A stretch of DNA of 64,000 bases from Azolla caroliniana (lineage: Eukaryota > Plantae > Polypodiophyta), in NCBI GenBank assembly GCA_043228905.1, contig JBHGNT010000006.1:11594001-11658000 (forward strand). The letters are read 5' to 3'. Positions 1 through 11,702 of the stretch are shown here, piece after piece. Below the pieces are notes generated by a model. The model did not search any database. It was not told the origin of the DNA and saw only the letters and a program-made list of their open reading frames with translations. The translations under genes were made by a program, and so were the position numbers. Numbering within the stretch: position 1 is the stretch's first letter; every line of letters begins with the position of its first letter.

Positions 1-113
1 CTCTTTAACTTTGTGTTCATGGGTTGGATTCCCTTGGTCGGCGGTAATCATTGCATGGTAGATCTCCGCACAGTTTATATAGGAATGAAAGTGTCATGTA
101 AAGAAGACATCTA

Positions 114-186
114 GCCGGCCTAGCTTAGATGGAAGAGCGCAAGGCTCTTAACCTTGTGGTCATGGGTTCCAGCACCATGGTCGGCG
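114..186 (+). tRNA. tRNA-Lys(CTT) copy with D-arm and T-loop substitutions (possibly pseudogene)
   Basis: GCCGGCCTAGCTTAG...CTCTTAA...GGTTCCAGCACC; the B-box is altered relative to neighbouring copies. Confidence 0.6.
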
Positions 187-544
187 GAATTCATGCCCTC
201 CTTATAGATGTCCATCTAATCTACTAAAAGCAGAAGAAAGGTTAAAGGAGATAGATAGAAGGCAGGAGGAGAGAAAGTAGAAACTGGTGCGAAGAAGAAT
301 AGGAGAAAAAAGTAGATGAGGAAAGGATTTCTAGGAGTTTGCGAGATAGGAAATCAAATAGTTCTTTAGTTTTGAAATGCTATTTGAATTCTATCTAGTT
401 TGTAGTATCTCCATAATATAATATCATAGCATTTTTTTCTCTTCCTCTACTCATTGCAAATTTTTTCTCTATACTCACTTTCAATATGGAGCAAGCCAAA
501 TATATACTCGCTCGTGACCATTGGTTCGACCACCAACACATCTA

Positions 545-618
545 GCCGGCTTAGCTCAGAGGGAAGAGCGCAAGGCTCTTTAACTTTGTGTTCATGGGTT
601 GGATTCCCTTGGTCGGCG
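545..618 (+). pseudogene. Degenerate tRNA-Lys with 8-nt anticodon loop
   Basis: Loop CTCTTTAA; T-loop TTGGATT instead of TTCGAGC. Confidence 0.8.
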
Positions 619-688
619 GTAATCATTCCATGGTAGATCTCCGCACAGTTTATATAGGAATGAAAGTGTCATGTAAAGAAGATATCTA

Positions 689-761
689 GCCGGCCTAGCT
701 CAGATGGAAGAGCGCAAGGCTCTTAACCTTGTGGTCATGGGTTCGAGCCCCATGGTTGGCG
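689..761 (+). tRNA. tRNA-Lys(CTT)
   Basis: 73 nt; anticodon stem CAAGG/CCTTG around CTCTTAA; T-stem ATGGG/CCCAT; B-box GGTTCGAGCC. Confidence 0.85.
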
Positions 762-1206
762 GAATTCATACCCTCTTGATAGATGTCCATCGAATCTACT
801 AAAAGCAGAAACAAGTTTAAAGGAGATAAAGCGGGGATGAAAAACTTGTAAAAATAGCATCAAAAAGAGAGGAAAGAGGAAGAATAAGAAGATCATCAGA
901 AGTGACAAGACCTTGGATAGAAGGCGGGAGGAGAGAAAGAAGAAAGTGGTGCGAAGAAGAATAGGAGAAAAAAGTAGATGAAGAAAGGATTTCTAGGAGT
1001 TTTCGAGATAGGAAATCAAATAGTTCTTTAGTTTTGAAATGCTATTTGAATTTTATCTAGTTTGTATTATCTCCATAATATAATATCATAGCATTTTTTT
1101 CTCTTCCTCTACTCATGGCAATTTTTTTCTCTATACTCGCTTTCAATATGAAGCAAGCCAAGACTGTACTCGCTCGTGACCGCTGGTTCGAGCACCAACA
1201 CATCTA

Positions 1207-1280
1207 GCCGGCTTAGCTCAGAGGGAAGAGTGCAAGGTTCTTTAACTTTGTGTTCATGGGTTGGATTCCCTTGATCAGCG
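1207..1280 (+). pseudogene. Degenerate tRNA-Lys with 8-nt anticodon loop
   Basis: Same degenerate type as 545-618, with extra substitutions. Confidence 0.75.
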
Positions 1281-1350
1281 GGATTCATGCCATGGTAGAT
1301 CTCCGCACAGTTTATATAGGAATGAAAGTGTCATGTAAAGAAGATATCCA

Positions 1351-1423
1351 GCCGGCCTAGCTCAGATGGAAGAGCGCAAGGCTCTTAACCTTGTGGTCAT
1401 GGGTTCGAGCCCCATGGTCGGCG
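1351..1423 (+). tRNA. tRNA-Lys(CTT)
   Basis: GCCGGCCTAGCTCAGATGGAAGAGCGCAAGGCTCTTAACCTTGTGGTCATGGGTTCGAGCCCCATGGTCGGCG; all stems pair (acceptor GCCGGCC/GGTCGGC). Confidence 0.9.
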
Positions 1424-1779
1424 GAATCATGCCCTCTTGATAGATGTCCATCGAATCTACTAAAAGCAGAAGAAAGGTTAAAGGAGATAGATAGAAGGCA
1501 GGAGGAGAGAAAGTAGAAAGTGGTGCGAAGAAGAATAGGAGAAAAATGTAGATGAAGAAAGGATTTCTAGGAGTTTCGTGATAGGAAATCAAATAGTTCT
1601 TTAGTTTTGAAATGCTATTTGAATTTTATCTAGTTTGTATTATCTCCATAATATAATATCATAGCATTTTTTTCTCTTCCTCTACTCATTGCAATTTTTT
1701 TCTCTATACTCGCTTTCAATATGAAGCAAGCCAAAACTATACTCGCTTGTGACCGCTGGTTCGAGCACCAACACATCTA

Positions 1780-1855
1780 GCCGGCTTAGCTCAGAGGGAA
1801 AAGAGCGCAAGGCTCTTTAACTTTGTGTTCATGGGTTAGATTCCATTGGTCGGCG
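1780..1855 (+). pseudogene. Degenerate tRNA-Lys
   Basis: 8-nt anticodon loop, 2-nt D-loop insertion, broken B-box. Confidence 0.75.
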
Positions 1856-1925
1856 GTAATCATGCAATGGTATATCTCCGCACAGTTTATATAGGAATGA
1901 AAGTGTCATGTAAAGAAGATATCTA

Positions 1926-1998
1926 GCCGGCCTAGCTCAGATGGAAGAGCGCAAGGCTCTTAACCTTGTGGTCATGGGTTCGAGCCCCATGGTCGGCG
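1926..1998 (+). tRNA. tRNA-Lys(CTT)
   Basis: Same sequence as 1351-1423. Confidence 0.9.
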
Positions 1999-2356
1999 GA
2001 ATTCATGCCCTCTTGATAGATGTCCATCGAATCTACTAAAAACAGAAGAAAGGTTAAAGGAGATAGATAGAAGGCAGGAGGAGAGAATGTAGAAAGTGGT
2101 GCGAAGAAGAATAGGAGAAAAATGTAGATGAGGAAAGGATTTCTAGGAGTTTGCGAGATAGGAAATCAAATAGTTCTTTAGTTTTGAAATGTTATTTGAA
2201 TTCTATCTAGTTTGTATTATCTCCATATTATAATATCATAGCATTTTTTTCTCTTCCTCTACTCATTGCAATTTTTTTCTCTATACTCGCTTTCAATATG
2301 GAGCAAGCCAAAACTATACTCGCTCTTGACCGCTGGTTCGAGCACCAATACATCTA

Positions 2357-2430
2357 GCCGGCTTAGCTCAGAGGGAAGAGCGCAAGGCTCTTTAACTTTG
2401 TGTTCATGGGTTAGATTCCCTTGGTCGGCG
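2357..2430 (+). pseudogene. Degenerate tRNA-Lys
   Basis: 8-nt anticodon loop CTCTTTAA; T-loop TTAGATT. Confidence 0.75.
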
Positions 2431-2500
2431 GTAATCATGCCATGGTAGATCTCCGCACAGTTTATATAGGAATGAAAGTGTCATGTAAAGAAGATATCTA

Positions 2501-2573
2501 GCCGGCCTAGCTCAGATGGAAGAGCGCAAGGCTCTTAACCTTGTGGTCATGGGTTCGAGCCCCATGGTCGGCG
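2501..2573 (+). tRNA. tRNA-Lys(CTT)
   Basis: Same sequence as 1351-1423. Confidence 0.9.
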
Positions 2574-3018
2574 GAATTCATGCCCTCTTGATAGATGTCC
2601 ATTGAATCTACTAAAAGCAAAAATAAGGTTTAAGGAGATAAAGCGGGGATGAAAAACTTGTAAAAATAGCATCAAAAAGAGAGGAAAGAGGAAGAATTAG
2701 AAGATCATAAGAAGTGAGAAGACGTTGGATAGAAGGCAGGAGGAGAGAAAGAAGAAAGTGGTGCGAAGAAGAATAGGAGAAAAAAGTAGATGAAGAAAGG
2801 ATTTCTAGGAGTTTGCGAGATAGGAAATGAAATAGTTCTGTAGTTTTGAAATACTATTTGAATTTTATCTAGTTTGTATTATCTCCATAATATAATATTA
2901 TAGCATTTGTTTCTCTTCCTCTACTCATTGCAATTTTTTTCTCTATACTGGCTTTCAATATGGAGCAAGCCAAAACTATACTCGCTCGTGACCGCTGGTT
3001 CGAGCACCAACACATCTA

Positions 3019-3092
3019 GCCGGTTTAGCTCAGAGGGAGGGGCGCAAGGCTCTTTAACTTTGTGTTCATGGGTTGGATTCCCTTGGTCGGCG
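3019..3092 (+). pseudogene. Degenerate tRNA-Lys
   Basis: 8-nt anticodon loop, broken B-box. Confidence 0.75.
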
Positions 3093-3162
3093 GTAATCAT
3101 GCCATGGTAGATCTCCACACAATTTATATAGGAATGAAAGTGTCATGTAAAGAAGATATCCA

Positions 3163-3235
3163 ACCGGCCTAGCTCAGTTGGAAGAGCGCAAGGCTCTTAA
3201 CCTTGTGGTCATGGGTTCGAGCCCCATGGTTGGCG
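3163..3235 (+). tRNA. tRNA-Lys(CTT) with G1>A change
   Basis: A-box, B-box and anticodon arm intact; first acceptor-stem pair mismatched. Confidence 0.65.
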
Positions 3236-4540
3236 GAATTCATGTCCTCTTGATAGATGTCCATCGAATCTACTAAAAGCAGAAGAAAGGTTAAAGGAGG
3301 TAAAGCGGGGATGAAAAACTTGTAAAAATAGCATGAGAAAAAGAAGAAAGAGGAAGAATAAGATCATAAGAAAGTGAGAAGAGGTTAGATAGAAGGAAGG
3401 AGGAGAGAAAGTAGAAAGAGGTGCGAAGAAGAATACGAGAAATAGAAGGAGATGGAGAATGGATTTCTAGGAGTTTGCGAGATAGGAAATCAAATAGTTC
3501 TTTAGTTTTGTAGTGCTACTTGACATTTATCGAGTTTGTATTATCTCCATAATATAATATCATAGCATTCGTTTCTCTTCCTCTACTCATTGCAATTTTT
3601 TTCTCTATACTCGCTTTCAATATGGAACAAGCCAAAACTCTTAATCTTGTGGTCGTTGGGTCGAGCACCAACGCATCTACCTGGCATAGCTCAGAGGGAA
3701 GAGCACAAGGCTCTTAACTTTGTGGTCATGGGTTGGATCTCATTGGTCGACGGTAGTCATGCCATGGTATATCTCCACGTAATCAAGGTGTATGAATGAA
3801 AGTGCCATGTAAAGAAGATATCCAACCGTCGTAGCTCAGATGGAAGATTGCAAGGCTCTTAACCTTGTGGCCTTGGGTTTAGAATCGTGAACACATCGTG
3901 AACAAAACAATGTTTAGAATTTTACATATCTAAATTTGGAGATCTGGTCAAGGAGATATGACGATGAGAAGGTCGATGTCTCATAGCGAAATATAGGACA
4001 TGAAAAACTTGTAAAAATAGCGTGAAAAGTAGAGGAAAGAGGAAGAATAAGAAGATTATAAGAAGTGAGAAGAGGTTGTATGGAAGAAAGGAGGAGAGAA
4101 AGTAGAAAGAGGTGCGAAGAAGAATAGGAGAAAAAGAAGGACATGCAGAAAGGGGTTCTAGGAGTTTGTGAGATAGGAAATCAAATAGTTCTTTAGTTTT
4201 GTAGTGTCATTTGATCTTTATCTAGTTTGGAATATCTCCATAATATAATATCATAGCATTCTTTGCTCTTCCTCTTCTCATCACATATTTTTTCTCTATA
4301 GCATTCTTTTCTCTTCCTCTTCTCATCACATATTGTTTCTCTATACTTGCTTTCTATATGGAAGAAGGCAAGGCTCTTAACCTTGTGGTCATTGGCTCGA
4401 GCACGAACACATCTAACGGGCCAAGCCTCTTAACATTGTGGTCATGGGATGGATCCCCATGGTCGGCTGTAGTCATGCCATGGTAGATCTCCACGCAATC
4501 TAGATGTATGAGTGGAAGTGTCAAGAAAAGAAGATATCCA

Positions 4541-4613
4541 CCCGTCCTAGCTCAGGTGGAAGAGCGCATGGCTCTTAACCTTGCGGTCATGGGTTTGAGT
4601 CCCATGGTCAGCG
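4541..4613 (+). pseudogene. Diverged tRNA-Lys(CTT) copy at array edge
   Basis: CTCTTAA loop retained; acceptor stem and B-box (GGTTTGAGTCC) mutated. Confidence 0.65.
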
Positions 4614-4809
4614 GCATTCATGCCCTACTGTATGTCCATCGAATCTAGATGTATGAGTCAAAGTGTCACGTAGAGAAGACATCGGGCCGTCGTACTATAT
4701 AAGTTATGGAGCATTCATATTTCGAGTGCAAGAACATGAACCAAGATCTCAAGAAGAATTCAAACTAAAAGTAGGAGACATGGAGATAGGTAAAAGGAGA
4801 AAAGTGGGG

Positions 4810-6867
4810 CAGCTAAAAATAGTTTGAAAGAGATGGATTCCCTGCATGAGAACCACACATACGAACTGACGGAGTTGCCGAAAGGAAAGAGGGCACTCCA
4901 GAACAAGTGGGTGTACAAACTGAAACCGGGAGGCGCCGAAAATCCACCAAGGTACAAAGCCTAGATCGTGGTGAAGGGGTTCCAACAGAAGAAAGGAGTG
5001 GATTTCGACGAGATCTTCGCCACGGTAGTAAAGATGACATCCATCCGGATGGTATTGAGCATGGCGGCAAGCATGGACCTCGAGGTAGAGCAATTGGACG
5101 TGAAGACGGCATTCCTACATGGCGACCTCCAAGAAGAGATCTACATGCATGAACCGGAAGGATTTGAGAAGAAAGGGAAGGAGCAACTGGTGTGCCGGCT
5201 GAAGAAGAGTTTATATGGATTGAAGCAAGCCCCCCGGAAATGGTACCGGAAGTTTGACTTCTTCATGACCGACCATGGGTACCACAAGACACAAGCTGAC
5301 CACTGCGTGTTCGTGAAGAAATTTGATGGAGGCGACTTCCTGATACTCCTGCTATATGTCGACGACATGTTGATCATCGGACGAGACCGAATCAAGATCC
5401 GAATGCTCAAGAAGGCCCTGAACCGGACTTTCTCAATGAAAGATTTGGGTCCGGCAAGACAAATATTAGGGATGCACATAATCCGGGACCAGTCAAAGAA
5501 GATGTTGTGGTTGTCACAAGAGAAGTACGTGATAAAGGTGCTTCAAAGGTTCAACATGTCGGAGGCGAAACCGGTCGGATCGACACTTCTAGCAAATTGC
5601 AAGTTGACCGAAAAGTAGAGCCCGAAGACAAAGGCCGAGAAGTCGGAGATGACAAAGTTACCATATGCCTCTGCCGTCGGAAGTTTAATGAACGCAATGG
5701 TGTGCACCCAGCCGGATATTGCATATGTTGTCAGAGTAGTCAGCCGGTTCATGAGCAATCCGGGAAGAGAGCACTAGAACGCGGTCAAGTGGATACTCCG
5801 GTATCTGAAAGGCACCTCGAGTATGTGCCTTCGGTTTGACTCCGGTAAACCCCAACTTGACGGATTCACGATATGTCGGCTGATGCGGATACCAGCCGGT
5901 CTACATCCGGATATGTCATGACTTATGCAGGAGTTGTATCATGGCAGTCGAGGCTGCAGAAGTCCATTGCACTGTCGACAACGGAAGCGGAGTACATGGC
6001 AGCTGTGGAAGCCAGCAAGGAGATAATCTAGATGAAGGACTTCATCGGAGAGCTAGGGATCTGGCAGAAGAAATTCCGGCTCTATTGCGACAGTCAAAGT
6101 GTCATCCACCTTGCGAAGAATGCGGCCTACCATTCCCGAATGAAGCACATCCAGCAGAGGTATCACTAGATCCGGGAGAGAGTAGAAGATCAAGATTTCA
6201 TGCGGATGAAGATCCACATGAAGGAGAACGGATCAGATATGCTAACCAAGGTGTTGTCAGCTGACAAACTGGACACGTGCCGGAAACGGATCGGATTAAC
6301 GAGAAATCCCATGCCGGAGTGAAGCGAGAGTTTGTTTGTAATTCGGTCCCTCTGGATGGGATCTAGATGAGAACCGGAGGAGCTGGATCAGACGAGTCGG
6401 ATGAAGGAACCGGATCCGAAAGGGTTCCGGATGAGACCTGGAAACTGGATCAAATGAATCCGGATGGATCTAGTGCAAACCGGATAGAAGGACATATGTG
6501 TATTTATATGTTTCATGGTTAGCCTATTGAGGTTATATTTATAAATAGCCCAAAATTCATATAAGTATAAATAAGACTTAGGTCAATCACTTTATGTGAA
6601 TATGGTGTAGTAGTTGTTGTATCATCGTTGTACACAGAGTGTGAAAGCGAGAGAGAGAGATACATAACTAGCTTCTATTGTAACCGCCGGTTGGCGAAGA
6701 CATAGAGCTCGAGGTCGTTGCCACTAAGTCTCACATTGTATTCATCCCCTCATAGTGATAGTCGGAGTCTGTGGGCTCCCGTGGTTTTTCCCATTTAGGG
6801 TTTTCCATGTTAACATTCTGTGTGCTCTCTTCCATTCGTTGTTTTAAGACTCGGTTGTGGCCGAGCA
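4810..6867 (+). mobile_element. 5'-truncated Ty1/copia element (RT-RNaseH plus 3' LTR ~6333-6867), same lineage as element A
   Basis: [21 protein letters not shown] and LLYVDDML motifs with premature stops. A purine tract GGAGTGAAGCGAGAG is followed by TG..CA LTR-like sequence. Confidence 0.9.
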
Positions 6868-6879
6868 TCATTTCTGTGT

Positions 6880-7899
6880 CACAAATTGGGCCAAGTAGAA
6901 GGCTGACAAATGATTGACCTCAGCATTTGTCTTCTCCCTCGGTAACAGAGCTATCTCTTGGAGCAGCAAAAAGTAAACGACAGTTGCACTGTCGAGCACA
7001 GAAGCCGAGCATAAGGGCGCGGACGTCGCAACATGTGAAGGCGTTTGGCTGAAGAGAATATTGAAGGATGTGGGTGTTCCCATCAAGGATTTGATTCCCC
7101 TTTACTGCGACAACATGAACAGTATTCATCTGGCTCAAAATCCGATGTTCCACGAGCACATGAAGCATATTGAAGTGCACTATCGGTTCATCCGAGAGTG
7201 CGTTCAGGCTGGAGATGCCAACCTTCAACGCATTAGCACGAACCTTCAGGTAGTCGACATCTTCACAAAAGCCTTAGGAATCGACCAGCTCAAGCAATTC
7301 ATATCAGATCTTGGCCTAACGATAGCCACATTGCCAAACATGAGGGGGAGTACACCACAACCGACGAAGCCGACAAGTACAACGCAATAGTCGCTAGCAG
7401 CTGACCAATCGATCGAAGTCGACCAAAGGAGTAGTCGAAGTAGCAACACAACCAACCAAGGGGAGTTGAAGCACGAAGCCGAACTTAACAATCAAAAGAG
7501 TAGACAGGCTAGTTGAATAAAGAGCACAAAGTAGTCAGATGAAGGAGAGTATATATCAATTGACCAGTCGAAGCCCACTCGACTGATCATTCGGACGCAA
7601 AGCCAAGGAATTCAAAATGCCAAAACGAACCAAACAACAAGACAACTTTCTGGCGACCGAAAGTTGTTTTTCAAGGGGTGTGTTGAGAGTCAAACCCAAC
7701 TTCCTCAATGTAATGGCTTTCACATTGGCAATGGACACACTAGGTTCATGGTAGTTTTGTAAATAGTAGAAAGGGATAGTTGCCCTAAGTTAGTTGGTAT
7801 TTAAACCAACTCTTTTGTAACCTAGTAAACAATTGGATGTATGTTTGGTTGTAACCGTTTCTTGCTAATACAACTTCTTGTTCTCTATCTCTAAGTTCA

Positions 7900-7947
<48 letters not shown>

Positions 7948-7998
7948 AACAATTTCCTTCCGTTGCACGAGATCACCTACACTTTCCATTTCTTTACA
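6880..7998 (+). mobile_element. Copia RNaseH fragment plus 3' LTR (7681-7998), related to elements B and C
   Basis: LYCDNMNSIHLAQNP...KHIEVHY...DIFTKAL; the LTR TGTTGAGAG...CTTTACA with CT/CA microsatellite resembles the B/C LTRs. Confidence 0.85.
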
Positions 7999-9369
7999 GA
8001 TATAAAGGTTTATAGATATTGACTTTATAGCCCATTACAATGTTGGCCCTAGTCTTTCTCTCTTCCATTTCAACAATTGTTGGTTTTCTACAATCCGAAT
8101 TGTTGCTTCTAAACGACTTAGTTCACACCAACATTGACTATGCATTTTTGCCAAAACCAAGAACCAAGAAATGTGGGGCACAATAATGAGAGATATGCCA
8201 ATGGTAGAGAGGTGGTTGAAGGATGTGAAGAGGAATTGGGGGGTTGGTTGGGTGGCGGGGGCGTTAAGGATGGTGAGCTTCAAAGAAATGTAATAAACTA
8301 TCCAATACAGCTGTAGTGGTATGTTCCAGAGAGGGGTGTGGTTGAGTCAGAGAAAGATAAGTGAAGGCAATGAATTTTGGTAATCTTAGTCACAATCGAG
8401 AACCGATTGTGTTGGTTCTTTTGCGACTCCTTACATCTACAACCGAACCAACAAAATCTTAAAGACAATGCACACAATGGTTGTATCACCATTAGAAGTA
8501 TGTAACAAAGACAGAGAGCCATAGTTTAAACAAATGAAGTTACAAAAGCTTATGATCGTATAAGCAAGTAGTGGAATGACATTCCCTATTATTATACCTT
8601 TATATTGTTGTGCAACATCATAGCCACTCATAAGCTCAAAAATTCGCATCGCCCAACATTCACTTCCCTAGATGAGGTGTTTGACTTGCATGAACCATAC
8701 ATATGCCCTATACATTTATCACCACCGAATTGCTCTCTAAACTGGACGCCACGAAAGCCCCTTCTTTAACTTTGCGACCCAACTACTGGTGAATTTCCTC
8801 CCTGACTGTTATGGTACAGCAATATCAGGGATGAGTGCTCCAACATCAGAATAAAGATGGTAACTATCTATCCTAATGGTGGTCATTTCCTCCCCATTTG
8901 ATCCTTATCATAGTCATCCTTGAGCTATTGACTTATCATAGACATCCTTGACCTATGACTTTAAGAATTCTCACAACTAGTCCTATATCCTACCTCGGCT
9001 ATAGCCATAGCCATTACACCACAGGAAGCAGCACTCGTTGAGTGTTTTAGAACATTCGAAACCAAAACACAGCTTCGATCGCCCTGACAATCAAGAATGA
9101 CCAAACAAAACTCTTGTCACAATAAAAAATGATCAAAGACCATTTGCCTTCCATAAAATTCAGAAAATTCAGAAAAATATTAAGGCATATAGAGACATGA
9201 AAAAATCTGGACTCCATGTATCATCAAAATGGGCCATCTCAGAGCATCATTACTGAAATCTCTTGTCTACAAGCACAACAATCCATATAAATAACTACAC
9301 ATACAGCTACTAAATGGCCTCAAATTGAATCAAACAATCTTCTTCTCTTTAAAAGACGTATATAAGTCT

Positions 9370-10638
9370 TCACTCATCTTCATACACTGCCTCCGACAAT
9401 GAAGCTGTGAGGCTATCAGCTAAGCTCGGGCCATCACCAGAGTTCCCGAAAGCTGCCACCGAGACGGGTAGAGGAGGTTTCTCATTATTAGAAGAAGGAT
9501 TGAGCTTCTTGTTGTTTATCACAATGGATTTGGGTAACCAATCACGGGAGGGTTCTGGACCTAGGACAGGTTCGAGGCACACAGGGACAAGGTCCTTCCA
9601 AGGGTCCATAACCATGGAAGGTTTAGCAAAAAGCTCAGGGTTCATGTTGGCAGAGACACTCTGGGGTATCCGGGATCCCCGTCCACCCCCTCCTCGCCCG
9701 AACGACCTGTGGTCTCCTCGTCCTCGACCCATGTTCGGCTTCAAATTACTCTGAAACCTTCTACTATCATGCCCACTATTGGTCTGACGCCAATTGTTAA
9801 CATTAGAATTAACAAAACCACCACTCTGATTACATTTATTAGCATTGGTTAAGGGGCTACTGGATGGGGAAACAGTGGCTGATCCATATGGCGAGTGTGG
9901 AGGGCCAGGTATGGACCTGGGCGGTTGATAACTGGACGAATCCGAAGTTCCCAAATCGTATGGATTAAATTTTCCATGATTAGGCCTAGGTTCAGTTAAC
10001 CCCGGTGTGGAACTCTGGTTCTTCATATTATAGCCTTCTGAAGAACCCTGGGAATTCAGATTAGAGTTAGGATACGGTCTAGGGCTAAATGTCGGGCTGT
10101 GGCAATGGTTAGGGATATGAATAGGGTTAAAGTTGGGATTAGGGCTATGATTCAGGTTATGGTTAGGGCTAGGGTTATAGTTAGGGTTATGGTTGTGGCT
10201 AGGGCTAGGGTTAAAGCTAGGGCTAGGGCTAAAGCTAGATCTATCGCTAAGGTTAGGGTGAATCCCGAACTTAGGGTTAGGGTCAAAGTTAGTGTTAGGA
10301 TCAAGGTTAGGGTAAGAAGGAGAATTGTTCTGCCAACTGGGTCTATAGTCAGGATTCGGGGCAGAGTAAGGGTAAGGATTGGTCACAGATGGCATCAGCT
10401 TCTTCTTCTTCTTCTGCGATGACACGGTAAAGGCAGCTAGCGGGTCTGTATAGAATCCAACCCTATTTGCGGGCGTCAGAGGAGAAGACAAAGAATCAAT
10501 TAGTAGACCCGCCGCAGAAGGAAGATGGCCTGCTGCTTCGTCGGCTTCTTTTTCCTCTTCAGATTTGTTAGTGTTTGATGATGCGTCCTCTCGCAATGCT
10601 CTCAGTCTTGCTCTCCTCGCCTCTGAGTTTTCTTCCAT
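9370..10638 (-). CDS. SIC: SICKLE-like proline-rich protein (MPLKIP-type motif; lariat debranching/miRNA cofactor family)
   Basis: 422-aa uninterrupted ORF with recalled SIC-family blocks: N-terminal MEENSEARRARLRALR, FYTDPLAAF, an RGG tract, SMVMDPWKDLVPV, WLPKSI..KK and C-terminal SLADSLTASL. Confidence 0.8.
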   Translation of the reverse strand: MEENSEARRARLRALREDASSNTNKSEEEKEADEAAGHLPSAAGLLIDSLSSPLTPANRVGFYTDPLAAFTVSSQKKKKKLMPSVTNPYPYSAPNPDYRPSWQNNSPSYPNLDPNTNFDPNPKFGIHPNLSDRSSFSPSPSFNPSPSHNHNPNYNPSPNHNLNHSPNPNFNPIHIPNHCHSPTFSPRPYPNSNLNSQGSSEGYNMKNQSSTPGLTEPRPNHGKFNPYDLGTSDSSSYQPPRSIPGPPHSPYGSATVSPSSSPLTNANKCNQSGGFVNSNVNNWRQTNSGHDSRRFQSNLKPNMGRGRGDHRSFGRGGGGRGSRIPQSVSANMNPELFAKPSMVMDPWKDLVPVCLEPVLGPEPSRDWLPKSIVINNKKLNPSSNNEKPPLPVSVAAFGNSGDGPSLADSLTASLSEAVYEDE

Positions 10639-10645
10639 AGTTCTG

Positions 10646-10705
10646 TTAGGGTTTCCTCCACATGTTCTCTCTATGGTTTGGTTAGGGTTAGAGTTAGGGT
10701 TAGGG
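10646..10705 (-). promoter_or_regulatory. Telo-box AAACCCTAA plus short (CCCTAA)n tract upstream of the SIC-like gene
   Basis: TTAGGGTTT at 10646-10654 reads AAACCCTAA on the minus strand, 7 bp before the ATG; TTAGGGTTAGAGTTAGGGTTAGGG at 10682-10705. Confidence 0.55.
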
Positions 10706-10796
10706 CTTCGTGTTCTCTGGTAGCGGGGATGTTGAGAACAGGAAGATCAGAAAAAATAATGGCGGTTTTGTGTTTAGGAAGAATAAATACCTCATG

Positions 10797-10816
10797 TACA
10801 TACATACATACATACA

Positions 10817-10850
<34 letters not shown>

Positions 10851-10932
10851 CATCAATCCATACATACATATATACATCAATCCATACATACATATATACA
10901 TCAATCCATCCATCCATACATACATACATACA
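10797..10932. repeat. (TACA)n compound microsatellite
   Basis: Directly visible TACA runs with interspersed TATACATCAATCCA units. Confidence 0.95.
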
Positions 10933-11702
10933 CTCGTGATTATTTGGTACCAAATCATAAAGAGGCATTGTTAGGGAATCACGGCCACGAACAGTGCATG
11001 GTGCGTGCGATCTACACAGTCTGATCTTCAACCAAAGAAATTTGCCCCGACTTTGACCAACCTTTGTCACTAATAACCTGGCTTTGCCCCTTCTACTGTC
11101 ATTGATATCTCAATTCTGCTTCCTCTATTGTCACTGATATCCCAAATCTACCCTTTGTATTGTCATTGATAATCTAGCTCTGTTTTGGCTAACCCGAGTA
11201 ACTTGGGCTCTATCAAGGGTAACATGATTAACACGAGTAACAATGCTCAAATTTGTTTGTGGCTCGAATCTATCACTCTCACATATTTCTTGCATTTTCA
11301 TGTGCCTCCGATACAAGTGCTAGTTTCATTATCCCCCAATTAAGACATGCACAAGATCGGTAATAAACCAGTTCATTCTTCCTCTAAAGGAAATGTACTT
11401 GATAAACTGCCATTGTCTTTCCACAAGATTAGTAGTGTGAACATGCCCATAGTTGAATAATCTACCAAACTTGTGCAATAGAATCTTCCAAACACAAGTG
11501 ACTCCACACCATCCTCCTACTATAGCTCGTCAATGGCTCACACAAGCCCGACATCCATTTATCTTGAACTATTAAGATACATGGTTGTTAGGTTGGAGAT
11601 CCATTTAGACCAGGCAATTATGGTTGGACTTGGGCCACTTTCCCTAGATTGCAGAGTGCATAAGCATCTTGCATCATTTCAGATTTCCCCAACTGGTGAA
11701 CC

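Larger units (their letters stand above)
1..4620 (+). repeat. Tandem tRNA-Lys gene array (575-bp and 662-bp units, decaying at right end)
   Basis: Intact-type tRNA starts at 114, 689, 1351, 1926, 2501 and 3163 give periods of 575, 662, 575, 575 and 662 bp. Spacers are near-identical between units. Copies after ~3600 are diverged. Confidence 0.95.

Noticed and set aside
1-4620. CRISPR-like array or protein-coding repeats (60-76 aa ORFs)
   Set aside because: Units are ~600 bp with identical spacers and contain tRNA genes; the short ORFs are by-products of the repeat.
8000-9360. Short ORFs downstream of the SIC-like gene
   Set aside because: No motifs; likely 3' UTR, intergenic DNA and decayed repeat.
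10080-10320. True interstitial telomere or chromosome fusion scar
   Set aside because: The hexamers are degenerate, lie in frame within a coding region, and show no head-to-head arrangement.
10671-11070. ORFs with YIHT/MYVC repeats
   Set aside because: Translations of the (TACA)n microsatellite.
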